From Macrostomum hystrix (taxonomy: Eukaryota > Animalia > Platyhelminthes): DNA of 64,000 nucleotides. The notes beneath the pieces were generated by a model. It was not told the DNA's origin and did not search any database. It saw only the letters and a program-made list of their open reading frames with translations. Below are positions 23,553 to 36,600 of this stretch, piece by piece (the stretch's first letter is position 1; every line of letters begins with the position of its first letter). The DNA is taken from contig CATNEN010000003.1 of NCBI GenBank assembly GCA_950097015.1, positions 11,966,001 to 12,030,000 of the forward strand, given 5' to 3'. A program made the translations under genes and the position numbers.

Positions 23553-24664
23553 CTCCTATGCCTGCTTTTAAGCCGATTCGGTTTAATTAGTCGTTTTGCA
23601 GCGATAAATAAGTGGCGTGATTAGCGATGTTATTTATTGTCTGCAGCGGACTTAACTCTTCTGCGAACTTTTTTCAACGTAAATCTGCTCAATGGGCACA
23701 AAACCTGAGGAAAGAAAAAAGACAAATTGTTGAACGAGTAACTAGAAACAAAAAAGATTGCACATAACATTTGTCATAACAATAACTATCTGTAATATTT
23801 TAAATAACAAAACTCTGCTTTTAAGTTATTTTAATATAGTTTTTTAATAATCGGCAGGCAATCTTTTTAATGTTTGTTTTAATGGTTGCTATGCTAAAAT
23901 TCATGTAAACATAAAGTCATGAAATTCAAAGCGCATGCGTCATTTCATTTTTTCTAGAAGCTAACCTTGAGCGCTGCTGACAAGTTGCTTATAATACGTA
24001 AAGTGTATCAGTAGCATTTTATATTTGAATTTGGTGTACTTTAATGCGATAAACATAATACTTTCTTGATTAGCAATGTCTTCATCAGCATGATTTATTT
24101 TCGTTTCAATCAGGCTTAGCATCGCAACGTTTTATTGTTCTAATTGAACGAAAGACAGTATGAAACAGAGGCTTTTCAATAACTCAGTTTCCTAGTTTTT
24201 CTGAAAATTGCACAGCTTATCTTTTTATCACAATTATAACAGTTTTATGTTTAACACACTTTATCTCAGCTTATATTGCTTATATTATCAATGCAGTTGA
24301 CCGCAAATTAATTAAGCATAGATAATTATGCGAAACGTAAAGTTGAATTTGTATTTATATGCATGCAAAATAATTTTTTAACTTATCATTACTGATGTTA
24401 CTAGACTAAAATTAAGGCTTTTAACTTTAACTCATAAAAACTATAAAACAAAACTATAAACTATAAAAAGTTTATAATACAAAATTCAAGAAACTAAGTC
24501 CTATGTAACATAAATATTTTAGATTCATAGATTCTAGGTATCGCATAGGCAACTTAAACTATTTTTATTAGTAAACTTCCATATCTTTAAATCCTGATAT
24601 TTCATTTCAGCAATCTTAGTTGTCCATGAGTAAAGATCAATTTCAGCATCCTTGGCAGCTAGCA
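23553..24664. promoter_or_regulatory. Putative bidirectional promoter between EVC-like and EVC2-like genes
   Basis: Divergent start codons ~1.1 kb apart; AT-rich and repeat-free; RFX half-site gttgctatg at 23885. Confidence 0.6.
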
Positions 24665-27600
24665 ATGCCACTAATCCTACCCAGTCTTCTGCTTTTAATA
24701 ATATGTTATCCTGCTAGTAGTCAAGCTCAGACACTTTCAATCAGTCCTTCAACGGTCGACTGGTCCACTAGATTCGCCGCGACCTATTGCTTAGATGGCA
24801 GCTCAGCACAAGTCGGAGGCAGTGTGCAATTAAATCTGGTTGTTGCTAACGAGTTTGTCAGCAATCGAGTGTGCTATCGATGGCTCAATGGCTCTTTGAG
24901 CGGCGTTTGTAGCCAGAGCTACTCAGCATTCTTTGAGTACGCGTTCGGAGCACACAGGGATGGCTATTATACACTGCAGGCTAACGGTGTCACTCTAACA
25001 GCCAGCAGCTACACAATACAGCAGGTGAGTTTGATAGCTTAAAAACATTTCTTCCTATCTTGGGACATGTGCATAATGGATAGGTTTAGCCAAAACTAGT
25101 AATAATTTAAGCATCCTAGACTGGATTCTAAAAACTTTCCTCATAATGAAACCTGTTGTATAGAATCAGTTAGATACAGAATCGAACCTGTTAGATACAG
25201 AATTGAACCTGATAGATACAGAATCGAACCTGTTAGATACAGAATCGAACCTGTTAGATACAGAATCGAACCTGTTAGATACAGAATTGAACCTGATAGA
25301 TACAGAATCCAACCTGTTAGATACAGAATTGAACCTGTAAGATACAGAATCCAACCTGTTAGATACAGAATCCAACCTGTTAGATACTGAATCGAGCCTG
25401 TTAGATACAGAATCCAACCTGTTAGATACAGAATTGAACCTGATAGATACAGAATCGAGCCTGTTAGATACAGAATTGAACCTGTTAGATACAGAATCCA
25501 ACCTGTTAGATACAGAATCCAACCTGTTAGATACTGAATCGAGCCTGTTAGATACAGAATCCAACCTGTTAGATACAGAATTGAACCTGATAGATACAGA
25601 ATCGAGCCTGTTAGATACAGAATCCAACCTGTTAGATACAGAATCCAACCTGTAAGATACAGAATCCAACCTGTTAGATACAGAATTGAACCTGATAGAT
25701 ACAGAATCGAGCCTGTTAGATACAGAATTGAACCTGTTAGATACAGAATCCAACCTGTTAGATACAGAATCCAACCTGTTAGATACTGAATCGAGCCTGT
25801 TAGATGCAGAATCGAGCCTGTAAGATACAGAATCCAACCTGTAAGATACAGAATCCAACCTGTTAGATACAGAATTGAACCTGTTAGATGCAGAATCGAG
25901 CCTGTCAGATACAGAATTGAACCTGTTAGATGCAGAATCGAGCCTGTTAGATACAGAATCGAACCTGATAGATACAGAATCGAGCCTGTTAGATACAAAA
26001 TTGAACCTGATGGATACAGAATCCAACCTGTTAGATACAGAATCCAACCTGTTAGATACAGAATTGAACCTGTAAGATACAGAATCGAGCCTGTTAGATA
26101 CAGAATTGAACCTGTAAGATACAGAATCCAACCTGTTAGATACAGAATCGAGCCTGTTAGATACAGAATTGAACCTGTTAGATACAGAATCCAACCTGTT
26201 AGATACAGAATCGAGCCTGTTAGATACAGAATCCAACCTGTTAGATACAGAATTGAACCTGTAAGATACAGAATCCAACCTGTAAGATACAGAATCCAAC
26301 CTGTTAGATACAGAATTGAACCTGTTAGATACAGAATCGAACCTGTTAGATACAGAATCGAGCCTGTTAGATACAGAATCCAACCTGTTAGATACAGAAT
26401 TGAACCTGATAGATACAGAATCGAGCCTGTTAGATACAGAATTGAACCTGTAAGATACAGAATCCAACCTGTAAGATACAGAATCCAACCTGTTAGATAC
26501 AGAATTGAACCTGTTAGATACAGAATCGAGCCTGTTAGATGCAGAATCGAGCCTGTTAGATACAGAATCGAGCCTGTTAGATACAGAATCCAACCTGTTA
26601 GATGCAGAATCGAACCTGTTAGATACAGAATCCAAACTGTTAGATACAGAATCCAACCTGTTAGATGCAGAATCCAACCTGTTAGATACAGAATCGAGCC
26701 TGTTAGATACAGAATCCAACCTGTTAGATACAGAATTGAACCTGATAGATACAGAATCCAACCTGTTAGATACAGAATCCAACCTGTTAGATGCAGAATC
26801 CAACCTGTTAGATACAGAATTGAACCTGTAAGATACAGAATCCAACCTGTTAGATACAGAATCCAACCTGTTAGATACAGAATCCAACCTGTTAGATACA
26901 GAATCCAACCTGTTAGATACAGAATTGAACCTGTAAGATACAGAATCCAACCTGTTAGATACAGAATCCAACCTGTTAGATACAGAATCCAACCTGTTAG
27001 ATACAGAATTGAACCTGTAAGATACAGAATCCAACCTGTAAGATACAGAATCCAACCTGTAAGATACAGAATCCAACCTGTTAGATACAGAATTGAACCT
27101 GTTAGATGCAGAATCGAGCCTGTTAGATACAGAATTGAACCTGATAGATACAGAATCGAACCTGTTAGATACAGAATCCAACCTGTTAGATACAGAATCC
27201 AACCTGTTAGATACAGAATCCAACCTGTTAGATTCAGAATCGAGCCTGTTAGATACAGAATCGAACCTGTTAGATACAGAATCCAACCTGTTAGATGAAG
27301 AATCAAACCTGTTAGATACAGAATCCAACCTGTTAGATACAGAATCGAACCTGTTAGATACAGAATCCAACCTGTTAGATACAGAATCGAGCCTGTTAGA
27401 TACAGAATCCAACCTGTTAGATACAGAATCGAACCTGTTAGATACAGAATCCAACCTGTTAGATACAGAATCGAACCTGTTAGATACAGAATCCAACCTG
27501 TTAGATACAGAATCGAACCTGTTAGATACAGAATCCAACCTGTTAGATACAGAATCGAGCCTGTTAGATACAGAATCCAACCTGTTAGATACAGAATCCA

Positions 27601-30600
27601 ACCTGTTAGATGCAGAATCGAACCTGTTAGATTCAGAATCAAAGCTGTTAGATACAGAATCGAACCTGTTAGATACAGAATCCAACCTGTTAGATGAAGA
27701 ATCAAACCTGTTAGATACAGAATCCAACCTGTTAGATACAGAATCGAACCTGTTAGATACAGAATCGAACCTGTTAGATACAGAATCCAACCTGTTAGAT
27801 ACAGAATCCAACCTGTTAGATGCAGAATCCAAACTGTTAGATTCAGAATCGAGCCTGTTAGATACAGAATCCAACCTGTTAGATACAGAATCGAGCCTGT
27901 TAGATACAGAATCCAACCTGTTAGATACAGAATCCAACCTGTTAGATGCAGAATCGAACCTGTTAGATTCAGAATCAAAGCTGTTAGATACAGAATCGAA
28001 CCTGTTAGATACAGAATCCAACCTGTTAGATACAGAATCGAACCTGTTAGATACAGAATCGAACCTGTTAGATGCAGAATCCAACCTGTTAGATACAGAA
28101 TCCAACCTGTTAGATACAGAATCGAGCCTGTTAGATACAGAATCGAGCCTGTTAGATACAGAATCCAACCTGTAAGATACAGAATCCAACCTGTTAGATG
28201 CAGAATCGAACCTGTTAGATGCAGAATCCAACCTGTTAGATGCAGAATCGAACCTGTTAGATTCAGAATCAAAGCTGTTAGATACAGAATCGAACCTGTT
28301 AGATTAAAGAATCGAACCTGTTAGATACAGAATCAAACCTGTTAGATACAGAATCCAAACTGTTAGATACAGAATCCAAACTGTTAGATTAAAGAATCGA
28401 ACCTGTTAGATTAAAGAATCGAACCTGTTAGATACAGAATCAAACCTGTTAGATACAGAATCCAAACTGTTAGATACAGAATCGAACCTGTTAGATACAG
28501 AATCCAACCTGTAAGATGCAGAATCGAACCTGTTAGATTCAGAATCAAACCTTTTAGATACAGAATCGAACCTGTTAGATACAGAATCCAACCTGTTAGA
28601 TACAGAATCAAACCTGTTAGATTCAGAATCGAACCTGTTAGATACAGAATCCAACCTGTTAGATACAGAATCAAACCTGTTAGATTCAGAATCCAACCTT
28701 TTAGATACAGAATCGAACCTGTTAGATACAGAATCGAACCTGTTAGATACAGAATCGAGCCTGTTAGATACAGAATCCAACCTGTTAGATACAGAATCGA
28801 GCCTGTTAGATACAGAATCCAACCTGTTAGATGAAGAATCAAACCTGTTAGATACAGAATCCAACCTGTTAGATGAAGAATCCAACCTGTAAGATACAGA
28901 ATCCAACCTGTTAGATACAGAATCCAACCTGTTAGATGAAGAATCCAACCTGTTAGATACAGAATCCAACCTGTTAGATGAAGAATCAAACCTGTTAGAT
29001 ACAGAATCGAACCTGTTAGATACAGAATCGAACCTGTTAGATACAGAATCCAACCTGTTAGATACAGAATCGAACCTGTTAGATTCAGAATCGAGCCTGT
29101 TAGATACAGAATCCAACCTGTTAGATACAGAATCCAACCTGTTAGATACAGAATCCAACCTGTTAGATACAGAATCCAACCTGTTAGATACAGAATCCAA
29201 ACTGTTAGATTCAGAATCAAACCTGTTAGATACAGAATCCAACCTGTTAGATACAGAATCCAAACTGTTAGATACAGAATCCAAACTGTTAGATGAAGAA
29301 TCGAACCTGTTAGATACAGAATCCAAACTGTTAGATGCAGAATCGAACCTGTTAGATTCAGAATCAAACCTGTTAGATACAGAATCGAACCTGTTAGATA
29401 CAGAATCCAACCTGTTAGATACAGAATCCAAACTGTTAGATTCAGAATCAAACCTGTTAGATACAGAATCGAACCTGTTAGATACAGAATCCAACCTGTT
29501 AGATACAGAATCCAACCTGTTAGATACAGAATCGAGCCTGTTAGATACAGAATCGAACCTGTTAGATACAGAATCCAACCTGTTAGATACTGAATCCAAA
29601 CTGTTAGATTCAGAATCAAACCTGTTAGATACAGAATCAAACCTGTTAGATACTGAATCGAACCTGTTAGATACAGAATCGAGCCTGTTAGATACAGAAT
29701 CCAAACTGTTAGATGAAGAATCGAACCTGTTAGATTCAGAATCAAAGCTGTTAGATACAGAATCTATCCTGTAATTTCAGTTTCAAACCTGTTGATTAAA
29801 GAATCGAATTTGTTATACCAAGCATCTAAGCAAACCATGGTGTTCTGTATATATTTGCCAGATAGCCAACACGGACGTCACACCTGGCTACGTTCGCATC
29901 ACCATGCCAGTTACTAGCGCCATAGCTTCAAGCAGCTGTTCAATCCGGGCTGTCTACGACCCTTCGCCGCGAAGTAGCACCTCAGTGAAGTACGTTGGCA
30001 GCGTGCGTACATTCTCGGGTAGTTATCAAATCATTGCGCCCGGAAGCGGGGCTGTGGCCAGCTCCGGAAATTTCCCATCCGCCAACATAACCATCACTGG
30101 GCCGAGGATTTTACTAGCCAGCTCGTCTAGTATTGCATCGCCTGAGGCTGGCGACACGGTGAGAGTCAGCTTAAACGTGACGCGTCATCCGCAGGCTACC
30201 GTGGACGCCATCAATACAATTGTGAGTTTACCTGGAGAGAATATCAAGATTAAGTTTTTTTAAGGAATCTTCTATTCACAACTGAATTACACCAGTGAAC
30301 ATTTTGGGGAATTCCTAACCATTTTGGAGAATCCCTGACAATTTTGGGGAATCCCTTACCACTTTGGGGAATCCCTGACCATTTTGGGGAATCCCTGACC
30401 ATTTTGGGAATCCCTGACCCTCTTGTGGGATGTACGACTATTTTTTGGAATCTCTGACTGTTTTGGGTAATCCCTGACCCCTTTAGTGAATCCCTAAATC
30501 TTTTGCGCGATTCCTGACCATTTTGTGGAATCCATGACCCTTTCAGTGAATCCCTGACCATTTTGGGGAATCCCTGACCATTTTGGGAATCCCTGATCAT

Positions 30601-33600
30601 TTTGGGGAATCCCTGACCATTTTGGGGAATCCCTGACCGTCTTGTGGAATGTACGACTATTTTTTGGAATCTCTGACCGTTTTGGGGAATCCCTGACCCT
30701 TTCTCTTAATGTCGGATCATTTAGGGAATCCCTGATTGATCTTTTCAGAATTCCTAACCATTTTGGAGCATCCCTGACTCTTTTGTGGTCTCCCTGACCA
30801 TTTAGGGAAATCCCAGTCTGGCGTTGAGAATTCTAGACTAATTTGAGAAATAGCATACTATATCGGGAAATCTTATGGCTAAAATTTGGGAAACCCTGAA
30901 TTTAAATTTTTCCTTTATAATTACAGACTTTTGGAGAATCCAGACAAAAAGCTAATTACCGAATATTTCTGGGAAGCAGCACTTTTTCCAGAGAATATCA
31001 GATAATTATGAGAAACGGCAGATAATTTAGGGGAATCCTAGACAATTACTTGAGAACTGCAGACATTTCTGGAGATACCTACTTTTAAAATAAGAAGAAG
31101 AAATTTAGGGAATTTTAGAGTGTTGGGGGGAACTGCTTTTGTGGTTTTAATCTAAATTTAAATTTCCCTGCAACATCACATCTGCAGATCACTCTGTACT
31201 TCGACAATGTCAACATCACCGTCACGGCCACAACCGGACTAACAAGAATGTCTGATGGCAGCTACAGGTCGACAAATATGACAGTCAATAGCGCTGTCAA
31301 CACGTTCGCCACAATGGATATTCGCCTAGAGGACTATATTCAGTTGGGAAGCAGCATCAGAATGAACTACAATGCGACTTACAATTTCGTTAGCGATTTT
31401 AGTGAGTTTAATCTATTTTGCCTTCTTTAGGAACGAAGGAACAAAATAAGGGGAGAAGGAAGGAAGGGAGGAAGGAAGGAAGGAAGGAAGGAAGGAAGGA
31501 AGGAAGGGAGGAAGGAAGGAAGGAAGGAAGGAAGGAAGGAAGGAAGGAAGGAAGGAAGGAAGGAAGGAAGGAAGGAAGGAAGGAAGCAAGGAAGGAAGGA
31601 AGGAAGAAAGGAAGGAAGGAAGGAAGGAAAGAAGGAAGGAAGGAAGGAAGGAAGGAAGGAAGGAAGGAAGGAAGGAAGGAAGGAAGGAAGAAAGGAAGGA
31701 AGGAAGGAAGAAAGGAAGGAAGGAAGGAAGGAAGGGAGGAAGGAAGGAAGCAAGGAAGGAAGGAAGGGAGGAAGGAAGGAAAGAAGGAAGGAAGGAAGGA
31801 AGGAAGGAAGGAAAGGAGGGAGGAAGGGAGGAAGGAAGGAAGGAAGGGAGGAAGGAAAGGAGGGAGGAAGGAAGCAAGGAAGGAAGGAAGGAAGGAAGGA
31901 AGGAAGGGAGGAAGGAAGGAAGGAAGGAAGGAAGAAAGGAAGGAAGGAAGGAAGGGAGGAAGGAAGGAAGGAAGGAAGGGAGGAAGGTAGGAAGCTACTT
32001 CTTGTGTGCTTGGGGCCCCAAAGTGATGTTTGCCGATGCGAACTAAGGCACGTTAATTTCTAGAACAGCCGAGTGCTTAATATTTTTCGTAAATTTGGCA
32101 AGTGTGTCTAACAAATTAACTACGATAACTATGCTAATATTTAACAAGAATCCGACACACTAAAATCCTAACTAGCGCCATCAACAACAACTGGTGCGAC
32201 GATGACAACAGAGTCACCGCTGATAAATTCCTCAGGTAAAAGATGTGTGTTTTAATCAGCCGTTTCATACGAGCTTAACACTCAGTCAGTCGAATGACCA
32301 CTTGAGCTTGTTTCGGCGAGGTATACTCAAAGTTACTGACAACGTTATAAACAAAATTACAGCCGCCAACACGTCAGTTCAACCGGCCTATCCGACCCCA
32401 ATAACCACTACACCAAACAATAATTCAACAGGTATTTATAATAAAAGAGGTTCAGATCATTAGAAGCTATATACGAGCGTAATTTGCATCTTTAATTATT
32501 TAGTAATGTACTCGTGGTTCTTATGTCGGAAGGCATTGATATAGTATGCATGATCCATAGTGTGAGACTATACATTCGTAATGTATTCTCTACTATACTA
32601 TACTATACTACTACTATACTAATATACTACTACTATACTACTACTATACTACTACTATACTATAATACTACTACTATACTACTACTATACTATAATACTA
32701 CTACTATACTACTACTATACTATAATACTACTACTATACTACTACTACTATACTATACTATACTACTACTATACTACTACTATACTACTACTATACTACT
32801 ACTATACTATACTACTACTACTATACTACTACTACTATACTATACTATACTACTACTATACTACTACTACTATACTACTACTACTATACTATACTATACT
32901 ACTACTATACTACTACTATACTACTACTACTATACTACTACTATACTACTACTATACTACTACTACTATACTACTACTATACTACTACTATACTATACTA
33001 CTATACTACTACTATACTATACTACTATACTACTACTATACTACTACTATACTACTACTATACTATACTACTACTATACTATACTACTACTATACTACTA
33101 CTATACTACTATACTACTATACTATACTACTACTATACTACTACTATACTACTATACTATACTATATATTCCAAGTAAAATGCTTCTTCTCTAAAAATGG
33201 CCTAAACTTTTCTGTTTTCTTTAATACAGAGCTATCAAACTCTATTGTCTTTCTAAGAAAGCACCTAGTTTGGATAAATGGACGCACGAGCATGCCCTTG
33301 TCTTCTGTGTATGGGAATGATTATATTTGCTTGCTCTACTATCCTTTCCTAATACAAACATTACGCTATATCTATCTTTAAGCATACACTCGTATATATT
33401 ATACGTGGGTTCTGGATTTTCAAAAGTGAGCACTCTTTGTTTAAGCGACCGAAACCTGTTTACTCCCCGTTCTCGTCTTTGCCACCCATCCCTGACACCA
33501 TCGTGTTACCATCCCTGTGTTACCATCCCTGTGTTACCATCCCTGACACCATCGTGTTACCATCCCTGTGTTACCATCCCTGACACCATCGTGTTACCAT

Positions 33601-36600
33601 CCCTGTGTTACCATCCCTGTGTTACCATCCCTGTGTTACCATCCCTGACACCATCGTGTTACCATCCCTGTGTTACCATCCCTGTGTTACCATCCCTGTG
33701 TTACCATCCCTGTGTTACCATCCCTGACACCATCGTGTTACCATCCCTGTGTTACCATCCCTGTGTTACCATCCCTGTGTTACCATCCCTGTGTTACCAT
33801 CCCTGTGTTACCATCCCTGTGTTACCATCCCTGTGTTACCATCCCTGTGTTACCATCCCTGACACCATCGTGTTACCATCCCTGTGTTACCATCCCTGAC
33901 ACCATCGTGTTACCATCCCTGTGTTACCATCCCTGTGTTACCATCCCTGTGTTACCATCCCTGACACCATCGTGTTATCATCCCTGACACCATCGTGTTA
34001 CCATCCCTGACACCATCGTTTTACCCCGAAATGCTTTCCAAACACACGCTTTTTAATAATAAGATGGTTGATTTTAAAAGTCCTTATTCACATAAACATT
34101 TTGCCAAAACGAATTTACGAAGAAATCGTCAAAATCATAAAAGCAACAGACGATGCGATTCTGGATTCAATCGAGACCACACCGGCCTCCACTGAGGACA
34201 ACGACACTTTGGCGTCAAACAACACCCTGTCCAACGATAACAACCCAACTGAGTCTGTTGCTGTCGGCTTCAATTCACTCAGTTTAGACAGTGGCAGCAG
34301 TGGCGGCAGCGGCGACAAAGACACGTCGGAAAACAGCACTGTTGGAATTGATTCATGCATTAACTGCAATGAGTCAACCACAACTAGCAGTGCTGTTAAT
34401 GCAAGCGATTTAGACAATGTCACTAGTTCAACAGATGGTAACAGTACAGCTGCAGAGTCAACTGATGCTGACGATACCAGCTCTGACGTTTCGTCAACAA
34501 CTGTCGCAACAGATTTGGTCACAACTAGCAATAATATAGACAACGATAATAATTACGGTACACTAAGAGAGCATGTCAATCGGAAAAAACTTACTCTGAT
34601 CACACTCATATATCACCGATGCGACTAGTAAATCACGTAGGTGTCTGATATTGAATGAAAAGTAGGGAAGGAAGGAGTCCTTAATGCGAAAGGAAAAAAA
34701 TTATACTTTATAAGACCAGCGGGAATTGTAATAAGTCACAAAAATGTCAAAGTGCTAAATTTTCTTTGTCAAATTTTCGTTTTTACGCTTTCGTTTCTGT
34801 TGGATTTAAATTTCGCATGTTATGCAATCGATTTTTTCTCACCCGTATTAACAAATGTTGTACTAGACGACACAGGCAACTAAGGCAATCAATAAACTTA
34901 TCAAATTTCAGCTGGCGTACCATACTATTACATCACCGGATCTCTGGAGGCTGTGCAGGTGAAGGCGCCGACTATTCAGTTGCAATTCAACCCTGGCTCC
35001 GTACAGCTGGCTCACGCTGAGGAGCGGACACTGGCACTTTCAGTATCCATGCCCAAGGGCCTGCTGGATGTGATGCTAACTGGACGTAAGTTATATATTG
35101 TTTTTAATTAATAAAGTCTTATTTCAGAGCCAATAATTTATTACTTCAGAACACTGGTAGATGTAAAGCCTGCCCTCTAGAATCTAGTATTCCCTATAGC
35201 GTAATCAGCCAGAATCAATGTGCACATGAATGACGTCATCATCCATCAGTATCAATATACACTAGAATGACGTCATCATCCTGTATTAATGTGCACTTGA
35301 ATGACGTCATCATCCTGTATCAATACACACTAGAATGACGTCATCATCCTGTATCAATGTGCACTTGAATGACGTCATCATCCTGTATCAATACACACTA
35401 GAATGACGTCATCATCCTGTATCAATACAAACTAGAATGACGTCATCATCCTGTATCAATGACGCCATCATCCTGTATCAATGACGTCATCATCCTGTAT
35501 CAATGACGTCATCATCCTGTATCAATGACGTCATCATCCTGTATCAATGACGTCATCATCCTGTATCAATGACGTCATCATGCAGAATTGATGTACTCGA
35601 TTTATAGTAAAATTAAATAGCGTCAAAATTTCTAATAACAAATCAACTTTTTACGCCCTCCAACATTGACAACTTAAATTAATATTTCCTCATAACTTAT
35701 CATGTACATGTTCGTAATGTCACCGATTAAAAGTAGGCCTTCATTTATGACTTTCAAGAGGCACAAACAAAAATGTATAATTGAATGATTGCATCACCAA
35801 TAGACACTTACGCAAAATGTAAGCACGCATTCAACTACAATTCAAAATATTGTCTCTCGACAGAATTCTCGTCGGGTTCCGTCAGCCCGGTGCCGGTCCG
35901 CCTAAAGCAATTCAACGCCGGTTCAAATGGCACGGCCACCGTGACGCCAATCCAGGTAACCGAGACGCAGATGATCAACACTAATAACAACAGAGCTAGG
36001 CGAGCGGTTACTGTCTACCTGACTTCGTCAACGCCGCTGATTACCGTCCGAAATCCCAGCACTGGGACAAGCGGATCTGGAGTAGGGATTACGGTAAATA
36101 TGAGATGCTCTGCCACATGATTTTTCTAGGATCTAAAAAACTATAATTAGTGATTTAGATTGATTTTTCGCAAACATCTGAACCAAAAACTTAGCTGTCT
36201 TTTGGTATCGGCTCTGGAATTACATTCGACGGCACTGGGCCGCTGGATGTATACATTTTGGCTGTATATTCCGGCGGCACTACGGTTGTGCTCACCTCAA
36301 CTACCTATACCATGGTGCGACCGATTCTTAATGTGGTCAATCAGGTTGTGGTGAGTATCCACAATTGCTAATTTTGTGTACATAATAATGTAGAAAAAAT
36401 CATGCGAACGTAAACTTTAAATGTAGATTGGATTGGATGTACATTCCATGTACACTAGATACGCAGCGGATGTACACATAAATGTACGTTCATTTATCTC
36501 ACCTTCAGACTTAGTTTACAGTATGGGGGTGAGTGGCAGACCGGTCTAACGCTTTTGCCTCTCGCACAAAGGTCCCTAAGCTCGATTCCGCAGCGAGACC

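Noticed and set aside
25141-29745. 1043-, 1021- and 444-aa heptad-repeat ORFs
   Set aside because: Artefact of the 21-bp satellite; open in several frames on both strands and bounded by EVC2 splice sites.
31413-33987. PSFL, RKEG, YYTT and CYHP ORFs
   Set aside because: Microsatellite and minisatellite translations.
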